Made by a program: the position numbers and the translations under genes
Shown: one piece after another, positions 1-14,483 of the stretch
How the letters are laid out: every line of letters begins with the position of its first letter
Position numbering within the stretch: the stretch's first letter is position 1
Assembly (NCBI GenBank): GCA_964270895.1
Contig: OZ185435.1
Strand: one strand, 5' to 3'
Length of the DNA: 64,000 nucleotides
Source: Podarcis filfolensis
Taxonomy: Eukaryota
Notes under the pieces: model-generated
What the model saw: only the letters and a program-made list of their open reading frames with translations
What the model was told of the DNA's origin: nothing
Databases searched by the model: none

Positions 1-442
1 CACCCAGACTTAGTATGCATTTAGTTTCACATAGAAAAGCTTCTCATGGGGAATTAGTGACAATGCGTTTAATTGTCAACACTATCCTAATATAGATGAT
101 TTGCTATGCCAAATGGGCTGTTTTAAATGAATTTCTAGTCTGGGGGGGGGGAACCACCCCCAGAGAAATATAGCTTTGAGAACCTTGCTCCAGGGCTGAA
201 TAAATAAACTGCCTTTCAATTGAACTCAAACACCACTGAATTAAAATAAATAAATAAATTAAAAACAAAATAAGAGCAGACATAGTCTACTGTCCCAGTC
301 TCCTATTTTTCTAAACTTATGAATCAATTTCATGTTTGAAGATTTATCATACCAGAGTATCAATATTACATTTGGGATTTGTCCAGAACTCTGGCCACTA
401 ATAAATAATACCCTGAGACAGTGATGTAGTCTTAAATCTTAC

Positions 443-3400
443 CTTTCTTCTGCTCACCCAGTAAATCTGTAGTTTCCAGCTCTGCTGTAAGGACATCTAC
501 TGCTCCTGTGTATTCAGACTGTATCATGACTATATCACCTGGTCCTTGTGGGTCAGGATACTTTGTCATCCGCACTACAGCCTCCTATGCAGAGGACACA
601 AGCTTCCTTAGAGTCACACCATATATTTTTGAAATTACTACATTTATTTGTATTTAATTACTAAATTTTACCTGTTGATGCACAATTTCTAGGTCACATA
701 CCGAAAACCATGGAGATTTCTTAAGTGTAGGAACTAGATTACCAGGAGACTCTGCATATATCTTTTAAGACATGATACATTTACTGTGCCTCCCTCTACA
801 TAACTACACTAGTGATCATACCACCCACCCTCTTCTCCTGGAGCAAATGTAAAGTACAAAAATAGTAGCACAAAAGTGATATGTTGGGCAAGAGACCAGT
901 AGCAAAACTAGGAAGCAGGTGCACTGGCTGTTACAGTGTATAAAGACATATTCCCCAGGTTAAAATCTGACAATACTAGTAAACACTGCCAAAATTGCCC
1001 TGACCTCATCCTTGGAGCTCTTCAGTGGAAGACAGGTTGGGCATACAGAAATTCTCCTGAAATGAAATCATGTCAAAGTGCATTCATTGCAATAATTAGG
1101 CCAATACAACTTTGCCATTAAGAGACATCTATTTCAGTTCATTTTAAAATGCATGAAGCACAGACCAACATTTGCATCTGTAGTCTCATAGCCTTACTGT
1201 TAGGAAAACAGCAGAGAATAAAGAAACCAAGTGCTAAAAAAATGACAAAATACTTTGACCTTTTTCCAAAGTTCAATTTTCAATTCCAATCTTACCTTTT
1301 AAGGAGAATCAAATGCAAATCAAATTACTTTCTAAGTACTATATTAAACACTACAGCTATTCAGCAACAGATAGAAAGAACTCTGGCAGACATATATTTT
1401 TTTGGCACACTCTTCCATTGTCTCTCAAGACACAGATGTCAACAATCTTACTCAAGATTCTTATCTCTGCTCTCTAAATTCAAAGGCTGCATTTGCATCA
1501 CTGAAGTGACCTCTCTGGGGTGCAAGCCTGGGCAGCGTATATGGAGGTCCTGGGCTGCCCAGATGACAGGACCCCACTCTTGGCTTTGCTGATATGGTCC
1601 AAAGAAAGAAAAGCAATACATTTGGCACCAGCTTGGTTGCAGGAGTTGCCAGAAAGAAGCATAAAAGATACCATCCAACCACCTTAGGGACTCCACTTTG
1701 GATTTGTGTCGGGTTAACTCCTTAGCCTTTGCTTCTCCTGAAGATATCCCAAAAGGCAGTAGAGGTCAATTCAAAGGAATTCACAGAATTTATATATGCC
1801 CAAGTCAGATCTGTGTCTAAATTTGTTAGACACTGTTTGCAACTTTGTTCTATTGTGTAACTCACAAGTTCTCCAACTTTCTACCCCTAGGAACCAGCTG
1901 AGAGGGCTGAAAAGTATTGGGGACCACCAGTCACAAAATGGTAGTCCAACCCTAACCCTTTCCTTTGTATTTCTAGTTTGCTATTATAAAGAATATTAAC
2001 CTCTCTCTCTCTCTCATTTTTTTCAGCACCTCCTCTGGTCTTTTAGCCTCAGAGGAGGGAGACTTCTTTTCCCTCTCTCTCTTTAACCGCCCCCCATCTC
2101 CCAGCAAACTTTATTCAGAATATGGGAGGGTTGGTTTGCTGGTGCTGGCATTTTTCCAACAAAAAAGGCTACAGCATGGCCAGGGGACAATGCAGGTGAG
2201 TAAGGAGGCACTGGATGAGACATGGCACCAAAGCCCTATTGAAAGTGGACTTAGGCACCATAATGGTCCCCAGCCATTTGAGAAACACTGGTCTAGCTTC
2301 ACCCTCTCCCTCATATGTTGCAAAGCCACACATATGTCTTTTCACACTTCTTCCTCATCAAAGGGTTTTTTAATTTTAAAATTTTGCAGACCCCAGAGAA
2401 GTAAAAAGTGTCCAAAAACGTATCCATGTCTTAACAGTACACAAAGTGTGATAAAGTGTTCTTTTAATACAAAGAACAGCCCCATAAACTTAACAGGAAG
2501 TACACATGTATTATGAACAGTATCACAAATAAACCTAACAAAGTGTATTGCCCATGTGCTACAAAGACGAATGCATTCAGAAATAACACTGTGCAGACAG
2601 TCTAGGAAGCCAGTCCCCTACCTCTTTTGGGTGCTGATTTTGATCAGTTAGGATTTCTTCCTTTCCTTCTACATCTTGTTCTTTCAGACCATCGTCAGCA
2701 CTTCCACAATCCTTTGTAGCCTCTGCATTCACAGGTGACCCACTCTGCAGCCTCTCAAAGAAAAACAGCAGATCAATTCAATATGTTTTAAGAGAAATTC
2801 AGGATGTTTTCAGGCAGGTGAAACAATCATAAATGAATCTCCAATCAAATGGGGAAATTGATTAAAGGATGCTAAAGAAAGGGATGCTTTCTTTAGTGTG
2901 TGTATTCCTGACACAACCACATAAGGCTGTCTCAGCTGAGCCAATGCTACAGTGAATAATTCTGTTGCTTTGTACTCCCTTAGGTAGCAGAAATACAGCC
3001 CAGCTGAGCCCGTCCAACCACCACTTCATAGCTGAAATACTTTGTAAACATTGGCTTTAGCAAATCATACCCTGCACTCAGGCTGATTAATTCATCTAGA
3101 CAGAAAAAGTACATCAGAATAATGTGACAGCTCGATGCAAGCATCTCTATATCTATAAATGAAATTTTCGCAAATAATGTTTTTTTAAAGATACATTAAG
3201 CCTTATGCAAATACATTTTACAGATAATAACACAGGGCTTACCAACAAACCTTCAGGACTAACCACAGCAGTAAGTTCCTGTCCCAGCTAACTACTCTGA
3301 CCTCTGGAAAGATGGGAGGAGGGCAACATTACCAAGTCTGGGGTTATTTAAGCTTGGTCACGCCCTCTCTAAAACAACTGATATTTGACAGTTTAACTGG

Positions 3401-6400
3401 CAGAGAGAGTCTGGCTGGCTATGGAAGTAGCTAGGTGTGCTTAGGGATTTGTCAGGCAGGAGAAACCTGTATAATTTCCTCATGTGGAGGAAAAGGACAT
3501 GGAAAAGGACTAGAAGTGCTTTTAGAGGAGTGGGTACCCATTCTAGGAGTAGATTGTTTTAATAGAAACAATTCTGTTGTAGAGGACTATAAATTCTGGT
3601 TTAGACCTGAAACAGTGTTTCTGACAGAAAATAAGTACTGTGCCTTTAATAGTTAACCCTTCAAACCTTTTCTCTCAGTGTTCATTAATATTTTCATCAT
3701 GCCTCAGCTTTAATTTATAACTTGTTTACGGAATAAGTTGTCACAGTTGTTACTGGCGATCTTATAGGATGGTACTCAACTATGTTTTACTCAAAGTAGA
3801 CCCTTTTAAATGAATTGGCTTAGTTGTATTCATTAGTTTCAGTGAGTCTATTCCGAGAAAAATATAGTGGAAAACCTCTCTCTGTATTTCTCTCCCTACC
3901 CACCCACACCTATTTTTGTTTTTTTTAAAGTCATTCTTAGGGTCCATTTTGGAGGAGAAACTAACAAAAATAATAATAATCTTAAAGAATAATCTAATTA
4001 GAATCTATTATCTAAAAGTAAATAACATATTTCCATCAGGAGAACATTTAATATTTAAACCTCTGCTAGTTTAGAGAGCAAACATGGTAGTAATGAAAAA
4101 AAAATTACCTGGCATTCATGCTATCTTAGAGATTAAAGCAAAAGCCTATTTGGCATCAATGGGATGCTGCACAGCATCCCTGGATGAAAACGTAATTACA
4201 GAGGCAGCAGGGATTTCTATCTCCTCTATGCTCCAGAATTCAAATGCCAGGATTACCTAAGTTTGCTTTTAAAAATAACATTGTGCTTTCACAATAAAAG
4301 CAAAGTTTAACTCATTGAATCCCGCTCTTTCTCTTGTTAAACATGGTGCACTATAGGGCATTACAACTATAATATAATACAATTATCAATAGATCAGCAT
4401 CTGAACACTTCAAAAACCCATCAATAAAGAATCAATATGTCATTTACAGATATTTTACAGGAGTAACAGAATATCCAACAAAACTACTGAATGAAGCAAC
4501 TGGCAAATATTCAGTTATATATTCTATATTGCGAAGGAAAGCTGAGCTGATTGCTAGACTCCTTCATCACCAGAAACTCTCCTTCATTGCTCCTGAGCAA
4601 GACCTAATGCAGGCCTTCATTACACATATTTCCTACCTGCACTGCAAGGCATCATTTTCAGATGTGGCAGCTGCCTGGAAAGTAGATTTCGGTCTTTGAT
4701 CTGAATCTTCATTCTCTAGAAGAGGGTAGATAGAAATAATATTTGGTTTTTCGGCAGTTGTAAAACTCTAGCTATTATCCAGTACTAGGCTCTTATGAGT
4801 GAAAGGGAGGGAGGCAAGTTTTGGCTATTTTTCATTTCCCCCTGCAGCCCCTTGTTCTCCCTGAAAAAGCTGCTTCAGCCGTTGAGGGACTCTCTGAAAC
4901 AATGTGGGAGGGAGTGCTGAGGACTTCAGAGCAAATGGACAGTCAGCAAAAATTGCATTCCACACCTACTTCAGGCTATATCACAATCACAACTTAAAAG
5001 ACATACTCTGCTTCCTTAAAGTCATATAACAAGCAGAGCACAATGAGTTGTTATGACAGTATCCAGATTGTATAGCGTCTGAGCCACAGAATACAGATGT
5101 GGCAGCCTGACAGCAGGCCCCAGATTTAAGGCATCACTTGCTATATAAACATCTCTTCTCTCCATTACAGCACAGGACAAGCAAAATGGCAATGGCCATC
5201 AGTACTTATCACGTTGCCTGCCAAACTGTCCCTTTCAGTTCTTAAACAGTAGTGAAAAAATCAGGGAAAGCATTAATATTGGGTGAAAACCAACAACCGT
5301 GGAAGGACAATGAGGAGTAACTTAATAAACAAATTAGGACCATCTCTAACTCAAACATAGTCAAGAAGAACACAGATAACCTTTTCTAAACAGGAGAACA
5401 GGATGACATTTTAATTCATTTAATCACTGGCTTTTCAGTAGAGATTACTCAGAATGGGAGCACGCTATCATTAGTTTTATTATTTAAATTCATTAAAGCC
5501 CAGACCAGGAGTGACAAATTAAATTTATAATTGTTTATAAAGCTCTGGTATACATTGTTTACCGAATGCAGATTTAATGTAGGAACTGGGAACAGGCAAT
5601 GCCATAAGAGCTTTTATCTAGGTTTATCTTTAGAATTGTAAGAAAGCACAACAGTATGGTGATGGCAATGCACAATTTTCTTTTCACAAGTTAGAAATTA
5701 TACATATATGTACTGTAAATGAAATTCTGCAGATTAATCACATTTAAATGTGCTTGCTCATTTTCTGCATTTCCCCCCATTTCTCGGGTTTCTAATGTTC
5801 AGCTTTTCAAAGAATGTCTGATTCGGGAGAACAATTTGGAGAAATAAAGTAAAGTATGGAGAATGACAACCAATTAGTTTGGAAAATATGGAGAACACTG
5901 CTGAAATAATAGTGAGAACTACCATAGTGCTTTCAGAGCATTACATATATTATCTCATAATCCATAAATACTCATGTAAAATAGCCCAGCATTTTCATCT
6001 CTGAGGTAGGGTGTTTGGGGGTGTGAGTGAGTGAGAGAGAGAGAGAATAGTTGCTTGATACCACCAGCTGCAGCAGTTGTTTGACTTCAGCTCATCAGCC
6101 CCAGCTTGGTGAGTCTATGGGTCATGAGGAGGAATCATGGGGTACTGGTTCTTAAAACGATTTTAGAAAGCCAGTTCTGAACATTTAAGTTCTGGGAGTG
6201 ATTTGCTACATCATTTTACAGGTAATTTTGTTGCCCTGCCCTTTTGTTCAGTTTTACAGATTTTCAGAAAACTATCCAAAGCAGTAAGTAAATGCTTGTT
6301 GTCAGTGCTTTTTTGTGGGGGGACGCAGGGGTATGCAAACCCCTAAACATTTTGTGAATCTAAAGTTTGGCCTCATCGAGGGGCATTATTTCAATATGAG

Positions 6401-9400
6401 TAGGAAAATGAGAGTACCCCTAAATATGTTTAAAGAAAAAAGCACTGCTTGTTGTGATAAAGTCTCAACAACTAATTTAATAATTCCTTCCTTAACCTGG
6501 GCTTAGCATAAAAGATCCCTCTTACATTAGTGCTTATCTGCTCAGATGAACAGAAACTTTACATCTTTCCAAAAAAATTAAGGATACTGTACTGTACTAC
6601 AAATACAGTAAAGCTATTCTACAATTTCCTTAAGCCAGTATAGATTTTGGCATCAAGTACAGTATTCAGCATGCTAAGAATTTCAAGCTGGTTTTGTTTG
6701 TATTCATTTTTTAAAAATGTACATTTTTAGCTCTTAAGGCTGTGAAGATAAGACTTGAAAATGTGTAGGCAGCAACTGACAGGGTTTTGAGAGAGGCTGT
6801 TGAGCAGAAATTACAGTACAGGTGTGGGGGGCTCCAATATTGTTTACATAATATGATTGGGGGCTTCCCTTTTGTGCAGGATTTTGATTTAAAACAAACA
6901 AACGAATTATTTAGAATCCAGACCCACCAATGGCTTAGAAGTTCTGAGGATCACCACAATTAAACCATAAATAAATAAAGGGGAAATAAGTGTGGTGAGG
7001 GAGACTTCCTCCCACAATTATAACAGGTAACCAATAATAGGGAACCAGAACAGAAGCAGGTATTTACTTTAAGGTTGTCACAGCTGCACAGTGAGAGTTG
7101 TGTGTTTTTAAGAAGGAAAGAAGTGCATTAGCTTTGCAAACACAGGAGGAGAAAAAAGTCCAGAACTCCAATCTCCATCTAGGAGAATCACCAGCTTGTC
7201 TCAAAGCCAGCACTGACACCCAATACTATAACAACAGATGATTTCATTTTTATATTTCACTTCTTATTATTATTACTCAACATCCTTTGCATATTGATAT
7301 TGATATGTGGGAGCTAACTAACATTAGGCACTGCTTATTCAGTGGTGGTGGGGACTTGGCATTTACACAGCACTTCCACATACATTATTTTGCTGTGATC
7401 CTTACAAACAATTGTCAGAAATTATCCTGCTGATAACTGAAGATGAGAGATTAAGTCTATGGCTTCCTTATGTCTACCTTTGAGTTCAGATGGCAGAAAC
7501 TAGATTTGAAATAGGGATATTCTGATCAAAGGTATCCTCTCGGATAACAATGTATACTAATGGGGTTTTGAAGTATTTGTGGCCTCATTTGCTAGGGCAG
7601 GATCTGCTTAGACCTGCCTTTTATTTGTATAGATTTTCAGTTTTTTAAGGTATTTATTGGCTGTGCTAGTTGTAATTACAGAAAGGTAGCCGTGTTGGTC
7701 TGCCATAGTCAAAACAAAAAAAAATTTTTTTCTTTCCAGTAGCACCTTAAAGACCAACTAAGTTAGTTCTTGGTATGAGCTTTCGTGTGCATGCACGTGT
7801 GCATTTCGTGTGTATCTGACGAAGTGTGCATGCACACGAAAGCTCATACCAAGAACTAACTTAGTTGGTCTTTAAGGTGCTACTGGAAAGAAAAAAATTT
7901 TTTTTTGTTTTGACTAGTTGTAATTGACTTCATTATTTCTATTGTTTGTAGATCACTTTTTCTAAGTGACGAATAAATAATAACAACTGGGGTGGGGGCT
8001 CAACTGCACAGAGTCTTAAGTCTGTGCACAGGGTGTATACTTTTAAATCTACCACTGATTTCTAGGATCCTCCATTTTAATGATTAGTCAACAACACATT
8101 TCCATTGCTTTCACTTAAACCTCTCTATGCTGTGTTATTACACTTGAGATTTTAGAAGTGAAGTGTATGGTGCATAAAACAAGAAAGCAAAGAAGTTCAT
8201 GGCAATGCCACTACTGTCTGCTACCTGATGCAACAGTTACACCAAGGTGCATTAGCCCAATTAGAAAACAACTGGTATGCTGAGGGAAAAATTAAACAAT
8301 GCAGTAACCCAAGGGAACAAAAGCTATTAAAGGCTAGCTCCTGACAAACAAGAATATCAAACAAGCTCATCAAACAAGCAATACTGAAGTATATTATGCT
8401 CCACCACACTATTTATTGAGGGATAAATAAAACATTGATGGGTACTGCAAAACATATAATGCAGTATTATGATTTTGTTCTGACACCTGTTCAACACTGT
8501 TCTACACAGTACTGATTAAGTTCTTGGTGATCTCCTTACTAAAGTGATTCTGTGATATCCAGTTATTCTTAACGCTGATCTTTCTGTTACAATGGAAATG
8601 AGTTTACGCTCTTTGGTTCCACTTCTAGCTACTGGGATACGAACAATTGTGAAGAACATCAATATGGGCAGCCCATCTTCAGGAAGTATTTCATGCCGCA
8701 ATTCTGCCTTGCCCCAACACACCTAATACCCTGGTCTTCTGTAATACACGTGACTCTTCCTTGTACCTTGGTTTCAACTGATCAACATAAAGAAAAGATG
8801 ACAATATATGCAACCAGTAAACCACTTGTCCAAGCAACGACGATTGCAGAAAAATGCATAATCTGCCAACACTCAAGGCATAAATTCTGGTATGGATGGA
8901 GCTAGCATATCTACAGATGTATAGGATAGTGAAAGGATGCATGTAAACTTAACTTTAATTATTACTTGTAGCTTAGGCACTACAGTATGTTGTCATGGAA
9001 AATGGTGTGCAAAGCGAAAATCCAAAAAAGGTAGGGGTCCTTTCTAACCGATGCCTCTGGGAGGAAAGGATGCACTGAGTTCCTTAGGAAAAACCACGGA
9101 ACTACAATGACAGTCCAATCCTACAAATATTTATTCAGAAGAAAACCCCATGGTCTTCTTACTCCCTCGAGCGATTCACTTGCACCTCGAGTTTTCGAAG
9201 GCATCAATCAAACCAAGGACGACTATATACTTAAAACGGAGGTCTAGGAGGGTCTGTCTGGAAACAGAAATGGATTGTTCTTCCTACTGACCAGGAGGTG
9301 GCCAGCAACTGTCTTTTCAGGACCCCCAGCCGGCCTCAGGACGACTCTTTTCAGGCTTCCACGACGCCTCATCTCGAAAACCTGCAGCGCCAGCAGAGCA

Positions 9401-9930
9401 GCCCCAACCCCCAGCGCCTCAGCCCGGGCTCCTCGCCGCGCGCCCCAACCCCGTTTTCCCCAGAGTAAACGCCTCCCGTCGCGACCTCGCCGCTCCCCTC
9501 GTTTTGCTTATTGAATACCAAGAAGCTCCCCGAGCGGCAGAAGTTCAACAGGTGGAGCATTCGCTTGCCACAGGGAGGGGGCACCTGTTGGATTTCTGCC
9601 TGCAGCGCCGCTGTCAGGGGACCTTCCAGGAAGCGAGGGAGGTGGCGAGCCACACGGGCCCTCCTCCCGCGCTCCGTCAGTCCCCGGGGAGGGGGAAGGC
9701 CCTGACAGAGACGACGTTTTCTTTTGCCCCCCGCCCCGCTATCTCCACCCCGCAGCCGCGAGGGAGGCCCCTGAAGTACCTGAGGAAGGCGGCAGCGGAG
9801 GCGTGAGGCGCGGCTTCTTCTCGTCGTCTCCAGCCCCGCCAGCGGGGCAACTGTCGCCGCCTCCTCCCAAGCCGTTGGCCGCGGAGGGTTCGAAGCGGGT
9901 GCCCACGGCGGCGGCCAGCACGTCCGACAT
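443..9930 (-). CDS. TMED8: TMED8 (GOLD-domain protein), coding exons 1-4; the remaining exons lie beyond the left edge
   Basis: Exons 9930-9780 (MSDVLAAAVG...), 4715-4637 (ENEDSDQRPK...), 2751-2622 (LQSGSPVNAE...PKE), 584-443 (EAVVRMTKYPDPQGPGDIVMIQSEYTGAVDVLTAELETTDLLGEQKK). All introns are GT-AG and phases 1/2/0/1 join in frame. Exon 4 matches the recalled human TMED8 motif GDIVMIQSEHTGAVDVLSADLE, and the position head-to-head with SAMD15 fits synteny. Confidence 0.93.
6303..6447. mobile_element. hAT-type MITE (145 bp)
   Basis: TIRs CAGTGCTTTTTT...AAAAAAGCACTG and a perfect 8-bp TSD CTTGTTGT (6295-6302, 6448-6455). Confidence 0.85.
7678..7913. mobile_element. Penelope-like retroelement remnant arranged as an inverted repeat
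   Basis: A perfect 91-bp inverted repeat (7706-7796 / 7826-7916) flanked by the 12-bp direct repeat CTAGTTGTAATT (7666-7677, 7914-7925). The GTAGCCGTGTTGGTCTG...GCACCTTAAAGACCAAC...AGCTTTCGTG text resembles reptile Penelope termini as I recall them; family not verified. Confidence 0.65.
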
Positions 9931-10218
9931 GGGAAGGCGGAGGGCTGAGCCGCCCGAAAGCAGCCGGGGAGGGTCGAGCGGAGCCGAGCAAAGCCGGAAA
10001 GAGCCGAGCGGCGATCGTAGCCGCTCCCGTCCCCCTCCCTCACCCGCGACCACCACCGCAGCCTCCTTCTCCTCCTCCTCCTCTCGGGCCTCCGCCCTAC
10101 GTAGTTCCCGCCTAAAGCCGGCCGCTTTCGAAAGGGCCGCTTTCGTCAGGCTGCTACAGAGGCTTCTCTGGCGGGCGGGATGAGGAAAGGAAAGGCGGCG
10201 CACTTCCCGGAAGCGCTG

Positions 10219-10263
10219 GTAGCCATGGAGACCGTTCCAGGAAGGACGCGTTGCCATAGCGGC
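10219..10263. promoter_or_regulatory. Two RFX X-box-like motifs upstream of SAMD15
   Basis: GTAGCCATGGAGAC (10219-10232) and GTTGCCATAGCGGC (10250-10263) versus the X-box consensus GTYNCCATRGNAAC. Confidence 0.6.
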
Positions 10264-10304
10264 GCCGTTGCTCCTGCTGCTGCTGCTCCGAGCTGACAGG
10301 GGAC

Positions 10305-12669
<2,365 letters not shown>

Positions 12670-13262
12670 TATTCCCAAAAGAAATAAATTGGGTTTTTTA
12701 ACACTATCAAGTTGGGTGTGGTCCCCATTCACTGAGCAGCTAGTTGGACTACCTGATCTTAAAAGGCAATTTTAGTGGTTGCAGAGCAAACAGAGATGTG
12801 CTTTTCTGCAGCCTAATCCTAAACATGACAAAGAGGACAGTCATGCAGCTGTGGTGTCAACACAGAAACAGCACACAGAAACACAGGAAAGTGTTCTTAC
12901 TGGAGTTTATCTTAAGGTCTTTTCCTTGCTCTTTGTGAGGGCTCACATTGGCCTGATTCACACAACAGCCTAACCCTAAACCATTGCTTAGCCCAAGTGT
13001 GTGTACAAGTGTGTGGAGGCTCCTGGAGAGGAGATTGCATATGATTTGGTCCTCTTTCTGCTACTGCACTGAGCTAAGACATGGTCTGGCTTATAATATC
13101 ATCCAAACACAAGCTCATGGTTTAGGTACCCTGGGCAAACCATAAACTGTAAATCTTAGAGCAAATCTTAAAGCTTGTGGTTAGTGTGGAGAGAATAAAA
13201 CCATGAGCCCAGGGATCAATGAGCCAAACCATGGTTTAGCTTAGTGCAGCACATTAGCAGTA

Positions 13263-13503
13263 CAGTCAAGCCTCGGTTGACGAACGCAATCTGTTCCGGA
13301 AGCCTGTTCGGCTTCCGAAATGTTCAACAACTGAGGTGCGGCTTCCAATTGGCTGCAGGAGCTTCCTGCACTCATGCAGAAGCCACATTGCACATTCGGC
13401 TTCTGAAAAACATTCGAAAACTGGAGCATTTACTTCTGGGTTTTCTTTGTTCGAGAGCCGAAACATTCCAAAATGGAGGTGTTTGGGATCCGAGGTTTGA
13501 CTG
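13263..13503. mobile_element. Tc1/mariner (Tigger/pogo-like) MITE, 241 bp
   Basis: TIRs CAGTCAAGCCTCGG...CCGAGGTTTGACTG with TA on both sides. Homologous along its whole length to 56146-56386. Confidence 0.85.
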
Positions 13504-14483
13504 TATGTATATTGTCATTGGAGCTATGGTTTGTCTTAACAGGTTGTGTGAGCCAGACTGTAGTGTGATGGCTGTGAACGTGCACTGTGAAAGCCATGGT
13601 TAAAACTTTGCCCCAGTCATGATCTCACCATTTAGCCATAGTCAAGCAACCATCCCTCATCCATAGTATCTCCATCTACAGTACACATTTGTAAGGATTA
13701 CCTTGATTATCTATATGAAGTGTATAGTAAATGTCAAGTGTTTTTATAATATTAAAAACTCTGAATCTATGGTTTTGGATATTTACATTTTATGCCACAG
13801 ATTTTTGTATTCATCCTTGAGTTCATAAAATATGGATTTTGCTTCATAGGCCGCGTTCACACAAACTTTTATTCATGAAGCAATGGAGACTGTGTTCATT
13901 GGATTGCTTAGAAGTTGTGTTCCACAGTTTTTTGTTGAATATATTTTCAAGTGATCATGCTTAGCTTCAGCTAAGAAGTGATGTTCCTGTTTTCCATTTA
14001 TCCTGAACTGAGGCAGCTGTTCATCACCATTGTATTGCAACATTGCATATGTTATTTATTTAAATCACTTGCGTTCAGCTATGAGGTTTAGAGAAAAACA
14101 GTGGCAGATGAAGGAGTACAGGTTTAGCTACATGAGAGGTAAAAGAACAAATGGCTAATAATTATATTAGTGTTTCTTTTCACTTTATTTTACCATACCA
14201 TAGCATAGATTAGTATGATAGGATCTAAACATTTTAAAAACATGTCATTTCCGAGATTCAGTTTGTAGTAATTCTTCCCTGCTTAGCCTCTGTTACAAAC
14301 TTTCCATTGCTAAATATCACCCCCCACTGATATATTTTTTCATTACAAATCACTATTTGGATTCCTGAAATGTATGTGGTTAGAAAGGGTAGTAGTTACT
14401 TAATACTTACATAGTTTTTAGTACTGATATTAAAAGCAATACCTTTCCTACTTCTTCCTCATTGGAGTCACACCATAGTTATT

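Noticed and set aside
582-587. NAGNAG tandem acceptors (TMED8 exon 4, SAMD15 exon 2, NOXRED1 exon 3)
   Set aside because: The distal site is GAG in each case and would remove only one residue; common and usually unused.
1149-2516. 147- and 126-aa ORFs in TMED8 intron 3
   Set aside because: No homology recognised and low-information composition. Part of the region (about 1490-1760) looks like an old interspersed repeat that I could not assign.
13241-13603. ORFs at 13241-13603, 49854-50148 and 56108-56438 as transposase genes
   Set aside because: They lie in 240-350 bp non-autonomous elements, far too short, with no DDE/D motif.
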